This document shows positions 1-11,600 of a stretch of DNA of 64,000 bases, one piece after another. The stretch is from IMG/VR virus record IMGVR_UViG_3300037991_005043, positions 24,349 through 88,348 of that record; one strand, given 5' to 3'. The stretch is from a virus. Taxonomy: Duplodnaviria; Caudoviricetes. How positions within the stretch are numbered: the stretch's first letter is position 1; each line of letters begins with the position of its first letter. The position numbers were made by a program, and so were the translations under genes. The notes under the pieces are model-generated. The model worked only from the letters and a program-made list of their open reading frames with translations. It made no database searches and was not told the DNA's origin.

Positions 1-2
1 CA

Positions 3-1259
3 TACTTTACACTAAAGGCATATGGCGCACCATGTCCTGCACCAAAAACAGGTTCTATTGCTAGACTAAATGCTGACAATTGGTTAGGATTAGTAGAGTC
101 TGCAACTTTCCCTAATTTAGAAGTTGAAATGAAGCAGATGAATCTACAAATTGGTGGAACTAGAAACTATACATACCAATACAAGGGTATTGAAACTGCT
201 AGTGGTGGAAATATTTCTCTAGTTTCAAATCATGTTGGTTGGTTATATTATTTCTTAGGTAGATGCACTACTCTAAATCCTTCTGCTGATGTGGATGCTA
301 ATCCTGACCCATCTAATGTTCACACTATGGCTAGTGGTGCTGATGATGGTAAATTCTTATTAGATACAACTCATATTGAAACTGGTCCATTTGTTTATAG
401 AATTTTAGATACTGGAAAAATAGTTCCACCTCTTGCACCTGCTGATGATACTTTAACAAATATTAACAAATTTACAGTTCCTACTTCTTCTGAAAAGATT
501 GACTATGTATTTCAAGAGGCTAACAATGCAAGCCTGCCTTCTTTCTCTTTAGAATATACATTATCTAAATTATCTTCTACAAACACCTATCAAACTGAAA
601 CAGGTTCAGCAAGTGAATCTGAAAACTTTGTTAGAATTGCTAGAGGAAATAGAATAAATACTCTAACATTAACTGCTAATGAAAATGAAGAAGTTAAAAT
701 GACTCTTGACTTAAACACATCAGCAGTTACAGAACTTCCTCAAGGAGAAGCATATGAGGCTAGAAGAGGAGTTACGGATGATGCAAATTTCATGAACAGA
801 AAATCTGTTGATGCTTCCCATCTAGAACCATTCTTTTTCTATGACGGAACAGTTAAACTATATGGTAATGAGTTCCTAAAAATTACTAATCTAACTCTAA
901 CTATGAACAATAATATACAAGATAAGAGATTCATTGGTGTTGCTGATAGAGGAATTAAAGAGGGTATTCCTTCACAAAGAACATATGAATTATCTTTTAC
1001 TGCTCTAGTAACTGACGACCAATTATATGAGGAACTTCTAAGTTCTACAGAAAGCACCGCTAGCGCAGATATTTCATTGACCTTCACAAAGGGAAGCAAC
1101 AGTAATGAAACATTTACCCTAACTTTTGAGGACTATTTCACCTCTACTAACACATGGACTGTTCCTGACGACAAGGGAGTAGTTACGGCAGAAGCAACTC
1201 TTACACCTAGAACTTTGAACGCTTGTTCAGCATCAAGTCACTGGATTCTACAGGGGTGA
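3..1259 (+). CDS. Major tail (tail tube) protein, 5'-truncated by the window edge
   Basis: The frame is open from base 3 (YFTLKAYGAPCP...) into the listed ATG at 129. The C-terminal 'LTLTMNNNIQDKRFIG...RTYELSFTALVTD' is typical of tail tube proteins. It lies upstream of chaperone and tape-measure genes. Confidence 0.75.
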   Translation, partial: YFTLKAYGAPCPAPKTGSIARLNADNWLGLVESATFPNLEVEMKQMNLQIGGTRNYTYQYKGIETASGGNISLVSNHVGWLYYFLGRCTTLNPSADVDANPDPSNVHTMASGADDGKFLLDTTHIETGPFVYRILDTGKIVPPLAPADDTLTNINKFTVPTSSEKIDYVFQEANNASLPSFSLEYTLSKLSSTNTYQTETGSASESENFVRIARGNRINTLTLTANENEEVKMTLDLNTSAVTELPQGEAYEARRGVTDDANFMNRKSVDASHLEPFFFYDGTVKLYGNEFLKITNLTLTMNNNIQDKRFIGVADRGIKEGIPSQRTYELSFTALVTDDQLYEELLSSTESTASADISLTFTKGSNSNETFTLTFEDYFTSTNTWTVPDDKGVVTAEATLTPRTLNACSASSHWILQG

Positions 1260-1264
1260 ATAAT

Positions 1265-1393
1265 ATGGGTCAAGGACTACCATTAAGAGAAAAAATTGCA
1301 CTCAAGCATTCTAAGAAGCAGGAAAAACCTGCTACAAAAAAGAGAGGCAGACCACCTAAAGTAAAGGAGGAAACTGTTGTAGAAGATGAGTAA
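1265..1393 (+). CDS. 42-aa basic micro-protein with AT-hook-like KRGRPPK motif
   Basis: Hand translation: MGQGLPLREKIALKHSKKQEKPATKKRGRPPKVKEETVVEDE*. It fills the gap after the tail tube stop and has GGGGTGA upstream. Confidence 0.55.
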   Translation: MGQGLPLREKIALKHSKKQEKPATKKRGRPPKVKEETVVEDE

Positions 1394-1445
1394 TTATATT
1401 CCACCAACACCGTTTGTTTGTTTGTTGGTTTTTGAGGTGGATAAT

Positions 1446-1814
1446 ATGAAAGAAGATAAAATAATTGTAACAGAAAAGAATAGTTTGTTCGCACAAACTG
1501 AAAGCACAAAACACTACATTAGAGTAAAACCCGATGTAGAAGAATACCTAGTTGTATGGGTAAAAGAACCTACATGGCTTCAAGCAGAAAAAGCAATGAA
1601 TGAAGTTATGAAAATAGATTCACGCTCACAATCTCTAGATTTAGATTTGAATGCTATGTATAAATACATGGTTGAAAACTTTATTGAAAAGACAGAGCCT
1701 TCACTTTCCAAAATAGATATGCTAAGATTGAGTCCTTATGTTGGGAATCAACTAAAAGAAATACTACCTAATCCTATGAATATGATGGAGGTAGATGAGG
1801 AAAAAAACGAATAA
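1446..1814 (+). CDS. Tail assembly chaperone (gpG-like)
   Basis: GAGGTG RBS precedes ATG 1446. It lies between the tail tube and tape measure genes and ends in a slippery site. Confidence 0.75.
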   Translation: MKEDKIIVTEKNSLFAQTESTKHYIRVKPDVEEYLVVWVKEPTWLQAEKAMNEVMKIDSRSQSLDLDLNAMYKYMVENFIEKTEPSLSKIDMLRLSPYVGNQLKEILPNPMNMMEVDEEKNE

Positions 1815-1851
1815 TTAGGGGAGCACTCAAAGGAAAAGAGAGCGACCCTAA
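1802..1851 (+). other. Programmed -1 ribosomal frameshift signal (A AAA AAC heptamer, 6-nt spacer, hairpin)
   Basis: Heptamer at 1802-1808. Hairpin TTAGGG(1815-1820)...CCCTAA(1846-1851) has further inner pairs. The -1 frame is open 1808-2041. Confidence 0.8.
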
Positions 1852-2041
1852 GACAGTTTCATTAATCATGGTATATACATTAGCAAAGGCACTTGCTATA
1901 TCTCCGTTAGAGATATATAAAATGCCTGTTTCCCTAGTTAAAGACCTACTACAAGTTCATCTAACATTTGAGGAGTTGCAAGCAGAAGAAATGGAAAAAA
2001 GTAGGAAAAAACTAGAGAGGAATAGTAATGTCAGACGATGA
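1808..2041 (+). CDS. -1 frame extension of the tail chaperone (gpGT-like; fusion about 198 aa from 1446)
   Basis: Translation RIIRGALKGKESDPKTVSLIMVYTLAKALAISPLEIYKMPVSLVKDLLQVH...; the stop overlaps the tape-measure start. Absent from the ORF track. Confidence 0.75.
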   Translation, partial: RIIRGALKGKESDPKTVSLIMVYTLAKALAISPLEIYKMPVSLVKDLLQVHLTFEELQAEEMEKSRKKLERNSNVRR

Positions 2042-3896
2042 TAGCACAATAAAAATTACTTCCGATTTAGCAAAACTAGAACATTTTGTAGATAGTAATT
2101 CTTTCAAATTTAAAGGATTGAGTAAAAAAATTATTGAAACTGCTGATGCTACTAGTCAAGCGGGTAAAGCATGGACTACATTTAGTAGGCTATCATCTGG
2201 AACTCCTATATGGGCTGCCCAAAATAAAATAAGGGCATACTTAGAGATTCTAGGTGGGTTTGAAAAGCGTTCAGTTGAAAACACTGAGGCTTTAGCAAAA
2301 CAAAGAGAAGAAATAATGAGTCAAGTTAGAGTCTATAATGACCTAACTGCGAATGTTGAGGAGTTTCAACATGTAATAAATAATACTACGCCTGTTGGTA
2401 TGGATTTAGAACAATTTACAGAAATGAAAGAGAGAATTGAGGCAACTATAGAAAGCACAGATACATATCAAAAAATGTTATTGATGACTGGCGATGCTGA
2501 ATTTGCTAGAAGTAAGGCTATAGATAAAATGAAGGCATCTCAAGAAGAAGCACTTAAGGCTAAACAAAAATTTACTAAAGAATTACAGAATGAATATGCC
2601 TTTGATACTAAGAGAATAAAACAGGCTAGAGAGTTAGCAGAAGCAAAAGCAAAAGAACAGGGTCTTAGTAAAAAGGAAATTAAAAGAGCAGGAGATACTG
2701 CTACAAAAAAGGCTAGAGCAACAATTAGAAGCCAACAACAATCGGCAATTGGCAGTACATTAGAAATGGGTGGAGAACTTAGAACTAAACTTACTGATAT
2801 TGCTAAACCTTTAGCCATTCTAAAGGGTATTGCTACCCCAATAGAAACAACTTCTAATCTTTTATTTAAGATAGAGTCAGCAGGAAGAAAATTCCAAAAA
2901 CGCTCTATGGAATTTACTAATAGATTACAACCTATTGTAAGTATGGCTTTCAAATACTTTATTGCCGCTATTCTAGTTATAGGTGCTATTTTCTTATTAG
3001 TTGCATATGCTAAAGAATTTGCTTCTCAATTTGAGCAGTTTGGTATCTTAGATGACCTGAAAAAATATGGAGAAGATTTACTTATATTCGGTCAAAGTGT
3101 AATAGATACTGTAATGGCGTTTGTTAATGGAGGTTTTGATGAAGGTTTGGCTAAATTAGGACCACTATTAGACCAAGCCCTAGATTTGATGTTAGACGGT
3201 ATGGAAATACTGATTAAAGTTGGATGGGTTGCTATTCTAGCAGGATTACAATTGTTAGTTGATTTTGTAGGAAGAATGTTTAATGAGCCTGAATTTAGAG
3301 AAACAGTGTTTAATATTTTACTAAAAGTTGGTAAAATAATTTTAATAGCCTTCTTTGTTAAGTATCTAATATCTCAAGTATTGTTATTGATAGGAATATA
3401 TGCATTACCTATTATGATTGGGGTAATTATTATTGCTGGAATGTATGCAGTTGCTAAATATCTAGCAGAAGAATATGCAGAGCAATTTGAAAAAGTAGTA
3501 TATTACTTAGAAACCCCGTTTAGATTTTGGTCGGGAGTTTTCAAAGGAATAAGAGATTATGCTGAATGGGTAGTTGATACACTAAGAAATTTTGTGACTA
3601 GAGATGGTAGTATGCGTAGTGCGATTATGGGTCGTGCAAGTGGTGGAATGGTAAATAATTCTAATCCTACATTAGTTGGAGAAAATGGACCAGAATTAGT
3701 TAAACTACCTCAAGGTTCTAGAGTATTTAATCATCAAGTTACTAAGAATATGACAGGTGGAACTACTATCAATAACTACTTTACAATAAACGCTAAGGAC
3801 ACATCCGATAGCGAAATGAGAAGAATTGCTGATAAACTATCTGGAATGATTAATCAAAAGATAAATAGAAGCACTAACAGTAGGATGTATGGGTGA
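2028..3896 (+). CDS. Tail tape measure protein
   Basis: Helical/coiled-coil N-half, several hydrophobic segments, and a C-terminal 'ASGG...LVGENGPELV' motif common in TMPs. Canonical position. Confidence 0.85.
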   Translation: MSDDDSTIKITSDLAKLEHFVDSNSFKFKGLSKKIIETADATSQAGKAWTTFSRLSSGTPIWAAQNKIRAYLEILGGFEKRSVENTEALAKQREEIMSQVRVYNDLTANVEEFQHVINNTTPVGMDLEQFTEMKERIEATIESTDTYQKMLLMTGDAEFARSKAIDKMKASQEEALKAKQKFTKELQNEYAFDTKRIKQARELAEAKAKEQGLSKKEIKRAGDTATKKARATIRSQQQSAIGSTLEMGGELRTKLTDIAKPLAILKGIATPIETTSNLLFKIESAGRKFQKRSMEFTNRLQPIVSMAFKYFIAAILVIGAIFLLVAYAKEFASQFEQFGILDDLKKYGEDLLIFGQSVIDTVMAFVNGGFDEGLAKLGPLLDQALDLMLDGMEILIKVGWVAILAGLQLLVDFVGRMFNEPEFRETVFNILLKVGKIILIAFFVKYLISQVLLLIGIYALPIMIGVIIIAGMYAVAKYLAEEYAEQFEKVVYYLETPFRFWSGVFKGIRDYAEWVVDTLRNFVTRDGSMRSAIMGRASGGMVNNSNPTLVGENGPELVKLPQGSRVFNHQVTKNMTGGTTINNYFTINAKDTSDSEMRRIADKLSGMINQKINRSTNSRMYG

Positions 3897-3900
3897 TTGA

Positions 3901-4518
3901 ATGGGTCTGCAAACACATAAAGTTTTTTTGAAAACTAATTTTCATACTAATGCATCCTCTGAGGATTACACTACAGATGTAATTCCTCTAAATGTAACTA
4001 GTATCTCCATCTCTACTAGTAAGACAATACCTTCTTTTCCTATTCCTTTGTCTGGTATAGTAACGGGAGAATCAGTAACCGCAGCATTAGATTTAGGAAT
4101 GGCTAGTAAAACAGTATCTCTAAACGGATTTATTACTGATGCTAGTCTAAAAAAGAACTTTAATGATAGTGCTTTAGAATTTACTGCTTTTGAGTTTGCT
4201 CAAATTTTACATTCTTCTGTAGATTCTACTGCTATTGCTAGAAATCAAAGTGTGTCTGAATTAATTATTTTAATGCCTTCTAAAGTGGATGAGAATTATA
4301 CTCAAGTAACTGAAAGAGATATTCCTTTTACTTATCGCTCTAGAGGTGGTGCTCTTGCTAAAGATAATCATTTAGTTCCATTCCCAAATGATTTCCCTAC
4401 TAGTAATGTATCTAAAGGACTAGAAGGATTCATTAGAAGTTTTAGTTGTAATATAGAGGCTGAAACTACAGACATTTCATTCAGTCTAGAATTTGAAGTT
4501 GCAGAAGTTGTTCCTTGA
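3901..4518 (+). CDS. Putative distal tail (Dit-like) protein
   Basis: Beta-rich 205 aa ORF directly after the TMP. Confidence 0.5.
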   Translation: MGLQTHKVFLKTNFHTNASSEDYTTDVIPLNVTSISISTSKTIPSFPIPLSGIVTGESVTAALDLGMASKTVSLNGFITDASLKKNFNDSALEFTAFEFAQILHSSVDSTAIARNQSVSELIILMPSKVDENYTQVTERDIPFTYRSRGGALAKDNHLVPFPNDFPTSNVSKGLEGFIRSFSCNIEAETTDISFSLEFEVAEVVP

Positions 4519-4527
4519 GGTGATATT

Positions 4528-5694
4528 TTGTACGAAACTTTAGTAGGAAAACAAAGAGCATTAGTCTTTCCAATTATGTGTAATGCTTTTGCTACAATAG
4601 ACTACTCCGATAATGTTCCCGATACTGGGAGCAATTCCGACACATCAGATGATGTAGGGTATGGTATTTGGGCGCATGATGACTCTTTTACATTTGAGGC
4701 AATAGTTACTCCTTATGATATTAATGGGTATGGAACTTATGCTACTGGTAAAACGAAAAGAAGCATTACTGCTTCTAAAAAGATAATGCCTGCATTAAGT
4801 CAATCTGTATATACTGCTGGAAATGAAGGTAATTTTCAAAGTGAAAAGTATATGACTAGAACACAAAGAAAAACACATGAAATGAGAATTTTTGATGCTC
4901 CTAATTTTAAAGTTAGTCTAGTGCAAACTGCTACTCATAATGAAAATAATCCTGCCCGATATAAAATATCTGTAGAACTTACTGTTAATTCTGTAACAGA
5001 AACAGTAGCAAGCGACACTATAATATTACCTTCATATACTGAGCAGTATGTCTATTCTAGTTTAGAAGGAATAGATACTTTTGATGAAAATGGTGATAGA
5101 AGATATTTGCATCTAAGAAGAGGCAGTTCTAAAGAACAGGTTCTTTCTCATAGTGCTGGAAGCACAACTATAGAAATAACTGATTCTAGTGCTTACTTTG
5201 TAGGACAAACGATATATTTTAAAAAATCAAATAGTTTTGATTTTGAAAAATTTACTGTTAATAGCATCTCAAGTGGTGCAAGTGAAACTATTGTTGTTGA
5301 TACTGCGCCATCTTCTCAACTATCAGTTTTACAACAAGTGTATGTTGATAATGATGCTGAACCTACATATCTACAAAAAGGACATCACATAGCAGTTACT
5401 TTTAATTTGGGTAAGGGAACAGTATCAATTTATTATGAAGGTAGATTAATTAAAGAATCTAATCATAGTCAAACTACTAATTTTTCATTTGGTAATTCTG
5501 ATTATTATATTGGTGCAAACGGTCAAGGAACTATGGGGGCTGGTTCTGCTACTACTAATAAACAGTTCATGGGTGAAATGCATGAACTTGCTATAATGGA
5601 GGGTATCAAAAAATCATTCCCCTCTAGAAATAATCTATTGCCTACTTTTGATAGAACTTTATTATACCTAAGATTTGAAGAGGTTGATGCTTAA
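4528..5694 (+). CDS. Tail protein with concanavalin A/LamG-like domain
   Basis: 'HHIAVTF...SIYYEGRLI...YYIGANG...FMGEMHELAI' LamG pattern. GAGGTGA RBS precedes a TTG start. Confidence 0.65.
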   Translation: MYETLVGKQRALVFPIMCNAFATIDYSDNVPDTGSNSDTSDDVGYGIWAHDDSFTFEAIVTPYDINGYGTYATGKTKRSITASKKIMPALSQSVYTAGNEGNFQSEKYMTRTQRKTHEMRIFDAPNFKVSLVQTATHNENNPARYKISVELTVNSVTETVASDTIILPSYTEQYVYSSLEGIDTFDENGDRRYLHLRRGSSKEQVLSHSAGSTTIEITDSSAYFVGQTIYFKKSNSFDFEKFTVNSISSGASETIVVDTAPSSQLSVLQQVYVDNDAEPTYLQKGHHIAVTFNLGKGTVSIYYEGRLIKESNHSQTTNFSFGNSDYYIGANGQGTMGAGSATTNKQFMGEMHELAIMEGIKKSFPSRNNLLPTFDRTLLYLRFEEVDA

Positions 5695-8600
5695 TGACAT
5701 TAAAAGTGTATAAAAAAGGTGTAGCGCATGACTACATAACTGAATTTAACTTTGATGTTCCTACTAATCCTAGAATTACTACATCTTCTGATTCTCCTAG
5801 TTCTACTATTAGTGCTACAGATGGTAGATTGTTTGGAGCAGTATATAAGGATGGTTCGGAGGTAGGAACTTATGATGAAATCAAAAGTTCTGCTGGTTTT
5901 GTGGAATATAATAATTTAACAAATACTGAGGGCTACAGGATAAAATGTTTTGATTATGCTTCAAATACTGGTATTCAACTTGATACGGTATTGGATTTGG
6001 AAGCAAGATATTATTTTGTATTAGTGCATTCAGATGATGAAAACTTGCATCATTTTGCTAAAATCACTAGCATAAATAAAGAAGATGTGGATGGTGCTTC
6101 ATTTGATTTTACACCAAAACTAGGTAATTCTATACCTAAAGATACTAAGTTTATGTTATTTAAGGGTCCACCTATTACAAGAACAGTAGAACAACTATGC
6201 ACTACAACAAATACGGATGCTACCTTGACTCATGCAGATACTTCTAAATTGACCGTTGGTATGACAATAACAGGAGAGGGAATACCTGCTAATACTACTA
6301 TATCTAGTATTACTGATTCTATTAGTCTTGAAATGAGCAATGCTGCTACTGCAAGTACGATTAATAATAGCATTACATTTTCTGGTAATACTAATGCAGT
6401 TGCTTTTACTGCTGGAATAAAAAAAGAACTTCAAACAACAATGTATTGTTCTAAACCTCTATTTTATTTCATTGATGATGAATTAGATAAGAAGAATGAA
6501 TTAAATCACAATACTAAGTATATGTTTAGGTTTAGGGGTGCGGCAGTAACTTCCTCTACTTCTTCTGTAACCCTAGATTCTCACACTACTACATTTGCTA
6601 CTTGTTCGGATTTTGGAAGTACATTAATAGATTATAGTAAGTTTGAAACTAAGATAAAAATTACTGATAAATTAAGAGAAGCCGATTATGTTCCAGCATC
6701 TACATCTATTAGATTTAATGAAACTAGTGGCACAACTAACAATAGTTTTGCAGGAACTTATAGTTCTTCTTTTCCTAATGCTAGAGTTATAGACGATGAT
6801 GACTATACTAGTTTCAACACTTTAGGGCATAGAAGATATTTACATTATGATTATTCTAAAACTATTTCTAATCTAATACCTAATGTCTATCAAGGTGAAA
6901 TTATACAGTCTAATCAAAATAGAGGAGGTATTGCTGAAAGTAAAATAGTTGATTCTTTTAGGATAATGCCTAAAAAAGTAGTAGAAAATGATTTGTTTAG
7001 AGTAAGACAGACTGTTCATACTGGAAGTTTAAATGAATGGATAAATACTGGATTAACTTTAGGAACTTATGATAGTTCAAATAATAGGTATGATTTCCCA
7101 TATGGTATATCGCAATCTTTACTACCTACTAACACACAAGTAAAAATTGGAAATAGAATTTGTATAATTGCTACAATAGGTACAGGTTATGTAACAATAG
7201 ATAAAAGCAGACTAGAAACAGAAAGCACCTTTACGACTTCATTATCTCTTGCACAATATCAATCTATAGAAAATCAAAAGTTATATGTTAGAAGTTTTGA
7301 TGCTGAAAATTCCATACTCTATTCTACATTTAAACCAATAGAAGGAAGAACTGATGAACTTTATGTAAAACTATCAACTAATAATGTAGGTATAAGGTAT
7401 CTTAAGGTAACAAGTATTGACACTAAAGATATATTTGCTAACGCTGATGACTTAATACAATTATCTGCTCTTACAGTATCGCCAGTAAATACTGATGCTT
7501 ATGATTCTAAACCATTTAAGTATGCACTAGGTCAATATGAAATTAGCATAGAGAGATTTTATGGTAATATAGAAAATATACATTCTACTAAAGAGCAAGG
7601 TCAAACAATCATGACTATTACTGGTAGAGATAGATTTGCTAAATTGCTCAATCCTATAATAAATAAAAATACTTTATTTAGCACTGATATAATCTATAGT
7701 AGTTATAGCCCTATGAGTGATTTTGAGAATGTATCTGCTAATATGACTCATGCAAATTACGGTAGTGAAACTATAACCTTCGCTTCGGCAGTAACTCTAA
7801 AAAAAGGAGATTTGCTATTTGTTGCTAACACTGATGCGTTTATAGGGGAGGTGCTTGCAGATTATACTAGCACTACTAGCATAGGTCTTAAAGCAAAATC
7901 TAGATATGGAAATATCGTTGGTGGTAGTATTACAGTCAAAAAACTATCTAAAAGACAGTATATTTTAAACAAGGCACTTTCTAGTAATAGATTATTAGAG
8001 TCATCTACTGCTTTGGATGGTGCAGTTGATAAAGTATTATCATTTACTAGCGGTGTTAAATTAGAAGCAGATGGAACTGAAAAACTATTAGATAGTGGAA
8101 ATGCTAATTCTACATTGGAAGTTCTTTCTAGTAATTCAGCAGTAGAAGATAGTAGTCCTGAATCTAACGCGTACTATATTACTGAACCCAAATCTATAGG
8201 TTTGGACTCTTTACATAGTCTATCTTTGACTGAAACAGAAGATAGAACTAGTGAGAAAGAGGATTTCATAACAGTAAATACTCTAATGGATTTCACAGTG
8301 TTAGATTATTCTAAATCAGATAACGGTGATAATATTGTTACTATAGCACCTTATAATCCTTTAACGCTTGGTAGAGTGGACTATAACTTTCATAATACTA
8401 ATGACTCTACTTTTCACGCTGATATATTAGGAACAGGCACTTATGCTATAAATACTAATTACATTAGTTTAGACTCTAATTTTTCTACTCTTTTGAGTTA
8501 TTTGTCAGTTAATAGAGCACAACATGGCGCACCTGTATATTCTAATGATGGTGACTTTTTAGGACATATATTATACATAGAGCAATCATATAACCCTAAT

Positions 8601-11600
8601 TATGTTTTTGTTGCTTTAGATAGAAAAGCGAAAAAATCATACGCTAATGTAGATTTTAAATTTATTAGTTTAAACTCTTCACATACCAAAACAAAATTAC
8701 AACATGAACTTAATTTCATTAACGGTTCTCATTTACATGGCGGTAAATATGTAGGGCTATTGAATCCATTCCAAGACCAAGATTCTGATGCTTTTTCGGC
8801 AAGTGCATTCTTTGATTTCCGCTATTCTTATGATAGTGCTTCATCTGATATTGAATATAAAAGAAGATTTAAACTACCATTGTACCGCTTACTAAATATT
8901 GAAAATGGTAACTATGCTATATCAAATAATAATGACTCTCATGATGAGATTAAAAAATATACTAATTACTATCATAATGTTAAAACTAAGATAAATTATT
9001 ATGCAGAGGCATATAGAGGTAGTAATAAAAGCCCGTTTGGATTCTACGCATCTAAATTAGTGGAAAGTAGTGGACTTGATTCAGTTTATGGTTCTAAATT
9101 TCATGAAAGACCATATAACGGTAGTGGAGAAAGTCATCCTCTAGTATTTTTTGATGAGAATGCCTATGCTTATCAAACTGATGAATCAAGTGCTATTAGA
9201 CAACAAGCGATTATGACTCAATTTGACCCTAAAGTTTCTAGAATGTTTCTTTTTATAAATTCTGATATTCTTCCTTATTCTAATACTAGAAAGGATTCTC
9301 TTCTGCAATCAAATAAAGATTTAAGAAATTACAATATTATGGGTATTACTGAGCCTGAATCTAGCGATTTATCTATAGATAAATCCTCTGCTCTATCAGA
9401 AGGAACTAGTGTGAACTACAAAGATACTAATTATGTTACTGCTATACCTACTGAAACTAAGGATATAACTACAAATAAACAGTTCTCATTAATGAGATTA
9501 ACTGAAGTTGTTTATGATTGGGCTTATAATCAAATAGACCCTGAAAATCTACCTAAGTTAAGCGAAACTTATCCTAGAATTCCTTACAAACCTGTAGAAA
9601 TACATGCTAATTTAAATGGCTCTAGTGCTTTTTCCACTACTGCCGTTGGTAATTATAGCGGAGCAACTATTTCTTTATCCGCCAATCCACATTCGGGAGG
9701 AACAGATAATTTAGTGGCGGGAGATTATATTATAGATAGCAATGGTAGATATATAGGGGAAGTTTCATCTTCTAGTAGTGGAAATACTATTACTCTAGTT
9801 AGGGATGCAATAAAAACAAGTGCTGGTGATTACTATGTCGGACAACTGTATAAAGCAAATGTAGCAAGTTCTAACTCCCATATTCACGGACATGGAGAAG
9901 TAGATAGTTTCAATAGATTTTTTTGGGCTATACATCCACTAAAAGGAACTGTGGTTAGAGGTGTTGATTCGGGAGAATACGGTCATGGTTCATCCTCTGC
10001 ATTTGATGAAAAATACGGCTCTAATTTAGCATCTAATAGCGCAGGACATAGTTTAGATACAGCAAGAATGCCTCAAATATTTTTACCAATCCAAAATAAT
10101 GATGCTAATTTTATGAGTGAAAGTGATGCAAATGAAGTTTTTTCTTCTAGAGTTCTTACTGATATGAATAAAATGAAAAATGTCTTTCATACTGGTGGGG
10201 GTGCTGGAACAACTGTAACAATTGAAGATGACTTGTATGCTGGTTGTAATTTAGTTTTCTTTAAGGGGTATAACATAGAAGATGGTGGTGGAACTAGAGT
10301 TGGAGAAGGCATGACTACCCCTAAACTTGAAAATACATTTAAACTGTATAATGATAATTCTTCGGGTAGTGAGTTAGGTTTTATAACTATAAGACCTAAT
10401 AATCATATCTTTGCATCCTTTGAGGATTTTCATAAACAAAAGGCTAGAACATATGATAATGATGCTTCAGGTGTTATTATGGGATTCAAACCCCATCTAA
10501 CACTTAGGAATTCTACCCATGCAACTGAAATAAATCAAGATAACATAAACGGTAATCACACTCACACTTATACCGTAGATTCTCAATCAACCATTAGTAA
10601 TGGTAGATTTTTAGATTATGTTGATTTAACTGGATGCTATCTAGTTGATATTAACGGTAAATACTATGATGAAGATGGTAGTGAAGCAACTTCATCTAAT
10701 GTTCCCAACTATAATCCCGATAACATATTCTATGTTCTATCACATGACATAGATACTACTGCTACTGGAACTAAGCATATGCTTACTTTAGATGGACTAT
10801 TACCTACTAGTAGTAGTTATACCTTTAGAATTATGCAACCCAATCATACTTGCTTCTATCCTAAATCCCCTAACTCGATAAATTTGAATGAGGTATCTCC
10901 TAAATACACTAAGAAGGCATATTCGGATGAAATGTATGATAATATATTTGATTATTCTATAAGAGAAAAGCAGGCAAATGTTACTGATTATTCGGGTCAA
11001 GGAGTTATGTCTATGTATGTTGCTATTGATATAAATAAACATACGGACTCCAATTTTGTAGTTATTCGAGATGCTGATAAAATATCTCAAATGTTAGATA
11101 CTGAAACTGAATATAAGATGTGTGTTAGCGATGGAGAAAATAGTTACAAAGTAGGCATGAAGTATGTTGATTCGGGAGATAATATAGGGCATAATCTATA
11201 TTTTTCTGAGATGAAGGAAATTAACGGAGTTGCGTCTATTAGTGAATACTTCAACTTATCTCATAATGGCGATTTATCTGATTGTAAAAGATTGATGATA
11301 GGTTCTACATTAGATATAGCATATGAGGCAGAAGCCTTAGTAAATGACTTAATTGAGAGCGAAGGAATAGTTGTAAATAATTCTACAACAAATAACTATC
11401 CTTATCTATTAGCACCTAATTACAAGGGAGTAAATCTTTTTACTGCTATTAATATACTTCTATTGAAGAAAAACAAGAGAATAAATCTAAAAGAAGAAAC
11501 TTTTGAAATTGTAGAATCAGAAAGTAACGATGTTTATTCTAACATTATTCTAAGTGATTTTGGTGATAATCAAATATATGAATATGAAAAAGAAAAGACA

